This document shows positions 1-8,099 of a stretch of DNA of 63,073 nucleotides, one piece after another. The stretch spans positions 1 through 63,073 of the forward strand of contig JAUWFP010000001.1 of assembly GCA_030606845.1 (NCBI GenBank), given 5' to 3'. This DNA is from Anaerolineales bacterium. GTDB taxonomy: Bacteria > Chloroflexota > Anaerolineae > Anaerolineales > E44-bin32. Made by a program: the position numbers and the translations under genes. The notes beneath the pieces were generated by a model. The model was not told the origin of the DNA. It did no database searches and saw only the letters and a list, made by a program, of their open reading frames with translations. The stretch's first letter is position 1, and each line of letters opens with the position of its first letter.

Positions 1-39
1 TGCGCTATACTCTTTATTGCGGGTCGCTGCAGTATCCAT
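1..39 (-). CDS. 5' end of a further cassette ORF (partial, runs off the left edge)
   Basis: ATG at 39-37 (minus) lies 5 nt after a GGAGG Shine-Dalgarno (complement of 42-50). It sits just downstream of attC 112-205 in the cassette direction. Only 13 codons are visible. Confidence 0.3.
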   Translation of the reverse strand, partial: MDTAATRNKEYSA

Positions 40-111
40 TGCTCCCTCCCTTTGTGGAGTTTTGAAGGAGCTTATACGCAGCGGCCCGTATTTTCAAATC
101 CCCCCATAGCA

Positions 112-205
112 TCTAACGGCTTCGGGATGAGCGGCCCGGTAAGTCCTGCAATCGGAATGAGAAATCGCCGCGCACCGGGTCCGCTCCATCCCGTTGTTAG
201 GCCGC
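112..205 (-). repeat. attC recombination site (closes the cassette carrying 1118-1954 and 221-1045)
   Basis: Plus strand reads TCTAACGGCTTCGGGATGAGCGGCCCGG...CCGGGTCCGCTCCATCCCGTTGTTAGGCCGC. It has AAC/GTT cores and an imperfect inverted repeat with bulges, and belongs to the same family as the sites at 2685, 3531 and 8006. Confidence 0.85.
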
Positions 206-220
206 TCTATATTAGTTGAA

Positions 221-1045
221 TTAAAAATGTTCAAACTTCTTGATGAAATCAATATCAACAATTTCAGTATCACCCAGGATTGCCTGTGTATTCTTTATTT
301 GATTAAGAACATTTGCTAGATCACGTTCCATGACAGCGACTTCACAGTAGGGGATTGGGAGAAGATGGAATAGATCTCCAAAATCTGAGAGTTTGTTAGG
401 GTCTCTTTGCCCCAGGTAATACTTATAGAAGAGTACATAAGCAAATAACCTTATTGACTGGAATACATCAACATTCAGTAGCGAAATATCTTGCTGAATT
501 CTTAAAAGAAAACACCGATGATCATATGAAAGCCATTGAAATACTTGGGCCATCGCGAATTCATTCGCCTGGCTTCTTTCATACTTGCCTGAGTTTGCAG
601 GAGGGAAGTTGGATTTAAGTTTCTTGTGCTGACTCTTCATTTGCCTGGCATGATTCAATTGATCCTCACGGGCATCAGAAAGGGCTTTTGAATTAAAGAA
701 GTTAAGAAGGTTAGCAAATCCATTATCCTCCAATAAAATTGCATTCAGGGGATACATCAGAAGTGAAGCAGTCCTCGACTCCGGGTGAGCGTCTACTTCC
801 TCAGCAATGATCTCATCCCAATTCTTTATTATGCCGGTTGGGACACTGATAAGAAACCTGGCTAGATCTGTCAAGAGACTCTTCGCGTCAGATAATTCAG
901 AAACTTGACCTCCTCCAACCCCCAGCGTAAGCCCCGATTCTCGCAGATACTCAAAGATGTTTGACCATAAATGCTCATTCTTCACGAAATGACTGATGAT
1001 ATTCGTATCCAGATAGATAAAGCGAGAGAATGTGTATTCAGTCAT
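221..1045 (-). CDS. Hypothetical protein, possible PIN-like nuclease (274 aa)
   Basis: The N-terminal FIYLDTNIIS resembles the first acidic motif of PIN domains, and there are later acidic patches (DFGDLFHLL, VMERD). This is a motif-level guess only. Confidence 0.7.
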   Translation of the reverse strand: MTEYTFSRFIYLDTNIISHFVKNEHLWSNIFEYLRESGLTLGVGGGQVSELSDAKSLLTDLARFLISVPTGIIKNWDEIIAEEVDAHPESRTASLLMYPLNAILLEDNGFANLLNFFNSKALSDAREDQLNHARQMKSQHKKLKSNFPPANSGKYERSQANEFAMAQVFQWLSYDHRCFLLRIQQDISLLNVDVFQSIRLFAYVLFYKYYLGQRDPNKLSDFGDLFHLLPIPYCEVAVMERDLANVLNQIKNTQAILGDTEIVDIDFIKKFEHF

Positions 1046-1117
1046 AATTTTCCTAAATGTGATAGAAGAGCGTCCTAAGCAGCCTCCAGAGAGACGCTAA
1101 GCCGCCAATGGTGTCAA

Positions 1118-1954
1118 TCAAGTCTTTACGGCGAACCAATTTCCGAGCATTCGGGCATTGCCTTTACCACACGGACAGAAAAACACCATTTGAGTTCTAT
1201 AGAAATCGATAGCCTCTTCTCTAAAATCCTCTGGCTCTTCCTCAACAAAAGCGATCAAGATCGCATATTCACAATCGTGTGGCGAGTCGACTCGAACAAC
1301 GTCTACATCATCTCTCTCTGCGAATTGCTTGAAATCTGAAGTGATATTGCCTTCCCATGTAACCTTACCAACCAACTTCTCAATAGGCTGGATCGTTGGT
1401 TTCCACTCAATAAGACCGATATCAGGGTCAAAAAGTGGAAAGAGATCATTTGAAATAGGAATGGTTGATGTATTACTGCAAAGGATCCAAACACCCATTC
1501 CATAGTGTTTTTCTCGACCAGCTAGAACTTGGGATGCTACAGCAGGTGCCTCCCTCTGCCAATCACTAACAGTCCAGATAGGACCAACTTGGCGTATTAG
1601 TAGAGCCGTTCTCTCACCATAAGCCGATAATAGTTTGTCCTCCAGCCGTTCAATCAGTCGCGGGATGACATCTCTTTTAAAGTCAATGACACGCGCGATA
1701 GATAGCTCATCTTTGACTTCAACCCGGCCAAGGACATATGCAACATCGTCAGGACGATCTTCCAGCAATGTAATCTCTAATTCCAGGATCTCTTGGGAAG
1801 AGCGATCTTGACACCGCACATCTGGAGTATCTTGAATCTCTACCGGCTCATAGTTTGTTCCATTACGAAGGTTATAGATCTGGAGGAATGAAGTCGCTGT
1901 TGCTATCTCGATTCGCTTTTTCTCGCTCAGACTATCAGGATCAATATCAAACAT
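1118..1954 (-). CDS. Hypothetical protein (278 aa), same cassette as 221-1045
   Basis: Long ORF in the cassette orientation, 72 nt upstream of the next ORF, with no convincing attC between them. No domain recognised. Confidence 0.7.
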   Translation of the reverse strand: MFDIDPDSLSEKKRIEIATATSFLQIYNLRNGTNYEPVEIQDTPDVRCQDRSSQEILELEITLLEDRPDDVAYVLGRVEVKDELSIARVIDFKRDVIPRLIERLEDKLLSAYGERTALLIRQVGPIWTVSDWQREAPAVASQVLAGREKHYGMGVWILCSNTSTIPISNDLFPLFDPDIGLIEWKPTIQPIEKLVGKVTWEGNITSDFKQFAERDDVDVVRVDSPHDCEYAILIAFVEEEPEDFREEAIDFYRTQMVFFCPCGKGNARMLGNWFAVKT

Positions 1955-1992
1955 GTCCTATGCATCCCCTTATTAATTTATGGGCATAGAGT

Positions 1993-2080
1993 GGCCTAGA
2001 TATTGGTTAGCGGCCTCGGCTTGTGTTAGCGGCGCTGAGCCGTAAGGCGAAGCGTCCGCTGCACGCGGCGTTAGGTCGCT
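1993..2080 (-). repeat. Degenerate or atypical attC-like element
   Basis: The right half (AGCGTCCGCTGCACGCGGCGTTAGGTCGCT) matches the attC family and is complementary (10/11) to the start of the cassette it closes (2681-2691). In the left half the expected GCCTAAC box reads GGCCTAGA, and GTTAGCGGC is duplicated at 2006 and 2025. Confidence 0.5.
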
Positions 2081-2109
2081 GAGCGAAACCGTTTTTCATT
2101 GTTCGGGGG

Positions 2110-2667
2110 CTAAATCGTATATTCGGACACAGAATCATATTTTCCATCCTTGTAATATTCAACTCGACAGATGCGTCGATTCCGATCCAATTCTACAAAA
2201 ACCCCTAGGCGGTATCCGCAGACATGCTCGGGTGGGGTGCTGCCATCGTTCATCCAAACATCATCATAGCTTTCTTTCGTTAGGGCACGTAGTCGTTCCC
2301 GATCTCTCTGTTTATCTTCCCTTGACCGATCATACTTCTTAACTTCAATCGCAATGAGATTGTCTTCTGAGATATTGGCGCCGCGTGTATGAAGAATAAG
2401 ATCGCAATTGATTGTCACGATTCGTCTATTGCCATCAAGGATTGTCTTGATTTGTCCGTCCTGTTTCCGGTTGTACTCTGTATCAGTGATGTATTCAATT
2501 AAACCCCGATCGTGAGCTTCCTGCTCTAAATATATAGCCCAGCGCGCGCAATTATTGCGCTCATTGACTCCTTCAATGATTTCCAGTGCTTCCCTTTGGA
2601 GGAAGGTTCGAAGCGAAGAAGTAAATAAGTCACGAATGAGAGTTTCTGAAATCACAGACATATTCAA
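2110..2667 (-). CDS. Hypothetical protein, PD-(D/E)XK-like motif (185 aa)
   Basis: Single-ORF cassette. The motif CDLILH...(19 aa)...IAIEVKK fits the D...(D/E)xK pattern of the restriction-endonuclease fold. Motif-level only. Confidence 0.7.
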   Translation of the reverse strand: MNMSVISETLIRDLFTSSLRTFLQREALEIIEGVNERNNCARWAIYLEQEAHDRGLIEYITDTEYNRKQDGQIKTILDGNRRIVTINCDLILHTRGANISEDNLIAIEVKKYDRSREDKQRDRERLRALTKESYDDVWMNDGSTPPEHVCGYRLGVFVELDRNRRICRVEYYKDGKYDSVSEYTI

Positions 2668-2684
2668 TGAAAATCTATTTAGCG

Positions 2685-2810
2685 GCCTAACGGCCCCGAG
2701 ATGAGCAGCGCCGATGATGCTCTCCGATGATCTTCGCGCATCCTGAAGCCTGATCCAAAACTGAATTTTCGCCTGCCATCGGCGTCTGCTCTATTGAGTT
2801 GTTCGGCGGC
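2685..2810 (-). repeat. attC recombination site
   Basis: GCCTAACGGCCCCGAGATGAGCAGCGCCGATG...CATCGGCGTCTGCTCTATTGAGTTGTTCGGCGGC. In the cassette direction R' is GTTAGGC, which matches the consensus GTTRRRY. The stems are bulged. Confidence 0.85.
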
Positions 2811-2818
2811 ATATAACA

Positions 2819-3493
2819 TTATGGCAGCTTAAAAAGGCGATTAAGCCAGTTTAGCCGATTGACGGTATCAGGCATTTCAATTTCGACCTTGCGAATTCCT
2901 GAAGCTAGCAGCTCACGAAAATAAGCAGATACTGAAAAGACCCATACGCGAGGGAAATGAGGATTCTCAATATCAACAGAGAACAACGGTCCACGGCTCC
3001 CAGTTGGATGCATAGCATCCCAATAAATTACCATGGGTTCTACTCTAATGTTTGGCTCAGGCGGTTTCATTGGAGTAAGAACTTTTCTTACACTTTTCTT
3101 GCGAAATGTAGAACCGTCCCACTCTTTCTGCCATCTTTCAATCTTGTGCGCCTCGATCTTATCAGACGACGCACCAACGTCGAGAACTCTGCCACCAATT
3201 GCATGAGCCGACCAGTTTTTTATTTCCACCTGATAGTAATTGACTTCACTACTTCGGATTGCACGAACCCATCTGTCAAGGCGAACTCCTCTTTTTGTGC
3301 CTTGAGTGCAGCGATACGGAAGCACTTCAACCCTGCATCCTTGTTCACTCAAGTAATGCGAAAGCAACCCCACAGCCATATCTTCACCAGCTACCGCAAC
3401 AACTGCGGTTGCATGATAGCGGCTAGAGAGCACTGCTTCATCAAAAAAACGAAGCGCTGACAATATATCGATTTCAACAAAACTTGCTGTCAT
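2819..3493 (-). CDS. Hypothetical protein, possible PD-(D/E)XK-like (224 aa)
   Basis: Single-ORF cassette. RLDRWV...YYQVEIKNW gives a D...ExK pattern. The cassette start (3531-3541, GCCGCCGAAC) is an exact 10-nt reverse complement of its attC inner box (2801-2810). Confidence 0.7.
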   Translation of the reverse strand: MTASFVEIDILSALRFFDEAVLSSRYHATAVVAVAGEDMAVGLLSHYLSEQGCRVEVLPYRCTQGTKRGVRLDRWVRAIRSSEVNYYQVEIKNWSAHAIGGRVLDVGASSDKIEAHKIERWQKEWDGSTFRKKSVRKVLTPMKPPEPNIRVEPMVIYWDAMHPTGSRGPLFSVDIENPHFPRVWVFSVSAYFRELLASGIRKVEIEMPDTVNRLNWLNRLFKLP

Positions 3494-3530
3494 CTACAAC
3501 CTCTATCTACAAAAACCAGTGCTTGCATTT

Positions 3531-3662
3531 TGCCGCCGAACGGCGCGAGATGAGCGGCGCCGACCCTGACGCCCCAATCATTTTCGCGCATCCAATGCCA
3601 GGTTCCAAACTTGAATTTTTAGCTACCTTCGGCGTCCGCTCCATTGGGTTGTTATACCGCCC
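3531..3662 (-). repeat. attC recombination site
   Basis: GCCGAACGGCGCGAGATGAGCGGCGCCGA...TCGGCGTCCGCTCCATTGGGTTGTTATACC. It is closely similar to the 2685-2810 site, including a shared internal ATTTTCGC(G)CA segment. Confidence 0.85.
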
Positions 3663-3682
3663 ATACTAAGGAAAGGATTGCA

Positions 3683-5344
3683 TTACTCAATATGTCTGAA
3701 TTGTACTTCTGAGAGCCGCAGTAATACACCTACCAATACAATCCCCGCCAGAAATGATGCAAGAACACTTGCCAATAGCGACAATTTATTATTTGCGATC
3801 AATATGTTTATTACAGCGGGTATAGCCACACAAAGCATGCCCAAAACCAAACCGACTGGCCCGAATAATGGTTTTCGCCCAGCCAAAAGGAAGCTTGTAT
3901 TAGATTGACGAAGCATATCAAAAATTGCAGAAAGAGTAACTCCTACCACGACAAATGGAACCATCCAAAATAAAATCGGGCTAATATTTAAACGAAGAGC
4001 ATTCCCTATCCACAATGCGATCCAGGTTATTGCTACAACACCCACAACCGGGCGCGCCACATCGTAAAGAATAATCCGCCTTAAAGACAAGGGTAAAGAA
4101 TTAACAATCCACCAGTGACCAAGATCGTCTTTAAATCGGGCACTCGTAAGCTGGGCTACCAATATTGTCCAATAAATAGCCACCACTAATCGCGTTGTAC
4201 TGTCAGGGGCGAAAAACACAGCTAGAGATATGCTGAGAATGACTATCCAAGACCAAAGCCGCGTAATGGTAAGTGGACGTAATGACTGGACCGCATCCTT
4301 CCATATCATCACCCAAGCGCCGGGGCGTTCCGGTATCCTGCTGGGTCTATGCCCTATGCCGAGGCGGTCACGATCTAGTAATTCCTGAAGACGTTCAAAT
4401 TCTCCAGCTCTAAGCGCTAACCGTTGAGCCTGCAAGCTGCGAGTCTCTTGGGCAGCACGGCTAAGATTCGTGTTCTTTGAGATTTTCAACAATAGCGCAA
4501 TGCTACATATCATCAGGAAGATTGATACAGCCAGGCCTAGCGCCCAACTCCCTCCCCCGAATGCTGCATTGAGTGGGAATCTTATATACCGTAGCGGTGT
4601 ATGCAAAGCCGTGAATAAAGGTGGAGAAATCAAAATATAGAGGCTGCCTATGAACAAGATAAAAGCCAGAATTGCAGCAATCACTCGGAGCGACATCATA
4701 GCTTTTTTATGCTCAACATCACACTGCAATCGATACACTCCAATAACCCATGTAAGGCAAAATAAGGCAAGATGTAATGGGAGAATGATGCACAATGGTT
4801 TTATTCCAGCAATAGCAATGTTACCTACGGACATCAAGCCCATGCCAGTATTTACATCAAGTTCAAGAAGTGCAAAACCGACAGTAATTGCTCCAGCCCA
4901 AAAAGGTAACGCATTACCTGGCCACTCCCCAAGGAGCCAAAATAGTATAACGGAGCGTCGATTAACCGGGGTTTGGCAAACAAGGTAAGCATCATCCTCT
5001 GAAAACACAAGTGGACTGCGATAGGTCGCTTTATAGATCGAATATAGGCTCCAAGCAAACAATATATAAGTTCCAAGGGCAGCAGCAAAGCCTGCCAGTG
5101 TAACATCCTGGGATTGAAGGAAAGGGGATACAACATTGACTAAGATATTAGTCACATAAAACATCAGTGATAATGTCCAGGCGGAAAAAAACGCGATCAG
5201 GTAGAGTAAATAAATGCGCGAGATTAATGAACGATTGCGGCTATCGTAACCAGTAATAGAAAGCCAGTAGTTAATACTCGAAGATAATTGTCTCGAGCGA
5301 ATAAGCCATACCGAGCGATTGTCAGTCGAAGTCAAGATACCCAC
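3683..5344 (-). CDS. Polytopic membrane protein, putative ABC exporter permease partner (553 aa)
   Basis: Many hydrophobic helices. Its start overlaps the 3' end of the upstream ABC ATPase gene by 23 nt, which suggests translational coupling. Confidence 0.8.
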   Translation of the reverse strand: MGILTSTDNRSVWLIRSRQLSSSINYWLSITGYDSRNRSLISRIYLLYLIAFFSAWTLSLMFYVTNILVNVVSPFLQSQDVTLAGFAAALGTYILFAWSLYSIYKATYRSPLVFSEDDAYLVCQTPVNRRSVILFWLLGEWPGNALPFWAGAITVGFALLELDVNTGMGLMSVGNIAIAGIKPLCIILPLHLALFCLTWVIGVYRLQCDVEHKKAMMSLRVIAAILAFILFIGSLYILISPPLFTALHTPLRYIRFPLNAAFGGGSWALGLAVSIFLMICSIALLLKISKNTNLSRAAQETRSLQAQRLALRAGEFERLQELLDRDRLGIGHRPSRIPERPGAWVMIWKDAVQSLRPLTITRLWSWIVILSISLAVFFAPDSTTRLVVAIYWTILVAQLTSARFKDDLGHWWIVNSLPLSLRRIILYDVARPVVGVVAITWIALWIGNALRLNISPILFWMVPFVVVGVTLSAIFDMLRQSNTSFLLAGRKPLFGPVGLVLGMLCVAIPAVINILIANNKLSLLASVLASFLAGIVLVGVLLRLSEVQFRHIE

Positions 5345-5972
5345 CTTGCATTCGAGCCGTTCGCTCGCCTAATTCGTTCATCAATAAGAGATCGTGTGTA
5401 GTGAGAATGATGGCTGCACCATTTACACTAAGATCAGCTATTTTCTTGCGCAGGATCGCAGTGCCTCCAGGATCAAGCGCAGAAGTTGGCTCATCCATCA
5501 GGAGAGCGCTAAATGGTCGAATTAGAGCGAGAACGAGGCCAAGCTTAAGACGCATACCACGTGAGAAGGCATGGGGAAACATGTCCCTAGCCTCCCAGAG
5601 TCCAAATTCGCTGAGCAGAATTTCAGCGCGTTTTTCGAATCCTTCATCGGCATTGTGAGCGAGAGCGATAAATCTTAGATGTTCCCAAGCAGTCAACCCT
5701 TGATAGAAACGAGGAACATCCGGCACAAACGCCAGTCGCTGTTTCGCCAGACGTTCTCTTTTATATAAATCATTACCTTCAATAAGGACATTCCCAGTCG
5801 TTGGACGTAAAAGGCCAGCAAGACATAACAGCAATGTGGTTTTTCCGGCACCATTCGGGCCAGCTATAACCACGGTCTCGCTTTTATCAACTCTAAATGT
5901 GGTTTCTCGAAGTGCTTGATAGGAGCCGTAAGAGTAGGTTAGATTATTGACTTCCAATATGCCATTAAGCAT
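5322..5972 (-). CDS. ABC transporter ATP-binding protein (216 aa)
   Basis: Walker A GPNGAGKTT, a signature-like FSRGMRLKLGL, and Walker B LLMDEPTSALD. Confidence 0.9.
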   Translation of the reverse strand: MLNGILEVNNLTYSYGSYQALRETTFRVDKSETVVIAGPNGAGKTTLLLCLAGLLRPTTGNVLIEGNDLYKRERLAKQRLAFVPDVPRFYQGLTAWEHLRFIALAHNADEGFEKRAEILLSEFGLWEARDMFPHAFSRGMRLKLGLVLALIRPFSALLMDEPTSALDPGGTAILRKKIADLSVNGAAIILTTHDLLLMNELGERTARMQGGYLDFD

Positions 5973-6090
5973 GAGGCTAGTTCTCCGAAATTATGAGCTA
6001 ATTCCTTTGAACAAGAATTTATAAACTACTTTCCGTCCCATCCCAGAAATCATTTTAGACGTATATTATTATTAATCTAAGGTGGATGGG

Positions 6091-6168
6091 CGGGATAACG
6101 CTATGCTGAGCCGCCTTTTTCGCCGCGCCAGCGGCGAAAAAGATCGGTCTCCAGCAATTTGTTATGTT
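6091..6168 (-). repeat. attC recombination site (short type)
   Basis: GGGATAACGCTATGCTGAGCCGCCTTTTTCGCCGC-GCCA-GCGGCGAAAAAGATCGGTCTCCAGCAATTTGTTATG. It has AAC/GTT cores and a central GC/A-T stem. Confidence 0.75.
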
Positions 6169-6173
6169 TTGCC

Positions 6174-7145
6174 CTATTGATCGATAGTTATTACTACTTG
6201 TCCCTTTTTCTGCCCTGTTTCGACATATCTGTGAGCCTCAGCAGCCTGTTCCAGCGGGTAGCGTCTATCAATGACCGATTTTATCTTCCCCTCCTCAATA
6301 AGCTCTTTGAGGAATGTTAGTTCTTCACTGGATTCTTCTACGAGCCCCATGATGACTTTGTGGCTGCTTGTCAGGCTAAGCCACAGGAACGAAAAGAGCT
6401 TTGGCAACCCAAAGGTAGTAAAAAGATAGAACCCTTCTTTCTTTAGTGATCTTTTACTTCGTAAAACTGAACTCTTGCCTACCGTGTCAAAAATAACATC
6501 ATAAGTCTGGCCGTTTTTTGTGAAGTCCTCTTTGGTGTAATCAATGACCTGATCGGCTCCCAGAGATTTCACATATTCGATTTTCGAGGTACTGCATACC
6601 CCGGTTACCTCAGCCCCAAATTGGTGCTTTGCAAGCTGTACCGCATAACCACCAACTCCTCCAGAAGCGCCGAAGATAAGGACCTTGCCCCCACTCTGGA
6701 CATTCCCTTTTCTAAGGAAATACAATGCGGTCAATGCCCCTTGAGGGACAGCCGCGGCCTCCTCATAGGTCATATTGTCCGGTTTTATCCCCACCGCACC
6801 TTCATGCAGACACATGTACTCGGCATACGCACCTAAATTCGCTGAAAATCCAAAAACCTGGTCGCCTACTTTAATTCGGGTTACATCTGCCCCGACGGCT
6901 TCAATTTCCCCGGCCAGCTCCGTCCCAAGGATAGGTTGCTTTGGAGTTCTGAAACCCGAACCTATTCGCGAGAAGAGCCAGAACCCGGGAGGGGCTGTGC
7001 TGCTTCGCGCCCAACAGTCGTATAGTGTTGCTGTGGTCGCATATATCCTTATCAGCACTTCGTCCTCTTTAGGGATCGGTTTGGCTACCTCTTTGAGTTG
7101 AAGAACATCTGGTGGTCCGTATTTTTCATATACAATGGCTTTCAT
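6174..7145 (-). CDS. NAD(P)-dependent medium-chain dehydrogenase/reductase (quinone oxidoreductase/alcohol dehydrogenase family, 323 aa)
   Basis: MKAIVYEKYGPPDVLQLKEV N-terminus and the Rossmann motif GASGGVGGYAVQLAK, both typical of the MDR family. Confidence 0.9.
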   Translation of the reverse strand: MKAIVYEKYGPPDVLQLKEVAKPIPKEDEVLIRIYATTATLYDCWARSSTAPPGFWLFSRIGSGFRTPKQPILGTELAGEIEAVGADVTRIKVGDQVFGFSANLGAYAEYMCLHEGAVGIKPDNMTYEEAAAVPQGALTALYFLRKGNVQSGGKVLIFGASGGVGGYAVQLAKHQFGAEVTGVCSTSKIEYVKSLGADQVIDYTKEDFTKNGQTYDVIFDTVGKSSVLRSKRSLKKEGFYLFTTFGLPKLFSFLWLSLTSSHKVIMGLVEESSEELTFLKELIEEGKIKSVIDRRYPLEQAAEAHRYVETGQKKGQVVITIDQ

Positions 7146-7236
7146 TTTGGTATCCTTTCATATTTAAGAGATCCTTCATTCACCTGAACTACACCAAACG
7201 TAGTGATGTGCAAGTGTCATTCAGGGTGACATTAAT

Positions 7237-7277
7237 CTGGAGTGTAACTACTCCAGGACTGAGAAGTTACACTCCAG
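7237..7277. other. Perfect 13-bp-stem hairpin between two cassette ORFs
   Basis: CTGGAGTGTAACT-(15 nt)-AGTTACACTCCAG. It contains TAAC/GTTA cores but has no bulges and is shorter than known attC sites. The T-rich tract follows it on the plus strand only. Confidence 0.5.
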
Positions 7278-7283
7278 TTGTTT

Positions 7284-7982
7284 CTATTTTACCGACTCGG
7301 AAGCGATTGCAGATGAATTAAATCCTTTAACAATAAGCCAAATTGCCATAACCTGTTCTTGCACGGCAATTAGCATCATTAATAAAACTGCTATTAATTC
7401 TGGAAAGATGTCAAATGTAGCTATTACAGAAGCAGCTAAAATAGCTACAGCACCAATGAGACCCCAGATTGATAACCATCGTGGTATAAGCCTTGATTTG
7501 TATAACGCAGAATAGAGTATCAAACCTCCAAAAGCAAAAGCAATAAGATAGATCAATCCACCATGATCGACCCAATAAACTACTGATTGAAGTGAGTTGC
7601 CTGTATTTTGAAAATATGAAGCATCCACCCCACCTCTATTTAGATAGTCCTGGCTTAGATTAACCAGTGACAGCTTATAGATTTGGGCAAGACTTAAGAG
7701 CACGGCCTCAAACACCCTGAAACTGACATACCCCAGCGCTAAGACTTCATTATGTCTCTTTAAGATGGGAAATAGGAGTACTGGTATGAGAACCACTGCA
7801 AGAGCAGATATATACTCAAGCAGTACCCCAATTATCACAGTTACTCTATTTGGATAAGCAGTATCCAGATAATCCGGAGAACCTAGTATTGGTTCGTAAA
7901 TAGCTTGTCCTATTAAAAACACAACAAGCGCCATTATAAACAATACTCCTACAATTATTGCGGTCTTTCTGTGCGTATTCAT
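7284..7982 (-). CDS. DUF4386-like integral membrane protein (232 aa)
   Basis: About 6 hydrophobic helices. The pattern LFPILKRHNEVLALGYVSFRVFEAVLL resembles the DUF4386 family as I recall it. AAGGAG lies 7 nt upstream of the ATG. Confidence 0.8.
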   Translation of the reverse strand: MNTHRKTAIIVGVLFIMALVVFLIGQAIYEPILGSPDYLDTAYPNRVTVIIGVLLEYISALAVVLIPVLLFPILKRHNEVLALGYVSFRVFEAVLLSLAQIYKLSLVNLSQDYLNRGGVDASYFQNTGNSLQSVVYWVDHGGLIYLIAFAFGGLILYSALYKSRLIPRWLSIWGLIGAVAILAASVIATFDIFPELIAVLLMMLIAVQEQVMAIWLIVKGFNSSAIASESVK

Positions 7983-8005
7983 TTTTCATCTCCTTTTTGA
8001 TCTTA

Positions 8006-8099
8006 GGTATAACGGCTGCGAACTGAGCGGCCCGGCAAAGCACTCTTTAGAATCGCGGCTCGCTGAGGCCGGGTCCACTCCAGTGAGTTTTTATGCGGC
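8006..8099 (-). repeat. attC recombination site of the first cassette
   Basis: GGTATAACGGCTGCGAACTGAGCGGCCCGG...GCCGGGTCCACTCCAGTGAGTTTTTATGCGGC, same family as 112-205. The inner box overlaps the stop codon of 8091-9692. TTATGCGGC (8091-8099) is the exact reverse complement of GCCGCATAA at the attI junction (9812-9820). Confidence 0.8.

Noticed and set aside
1046-1117. Possible attC between 1118-1954 and 221-1045
   Set aside because: Only a 6-bp AGCGTC/GACGCT stem is present. There are no AAC/GTT cores (the sequence reads TAAG instead) and no similarity to the family consensus.
7237-7277. Possible attC between the DUF4386-like and oxidoreductase genes
   Set aside because: A perfect 13-bp stem without bulges, only 41 nt long, is unlike the attC family in this array. 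The cassette-end complementarity test fits better with a two-gene cassette (8012 to 6096). I kept it only as a hairpin feature.
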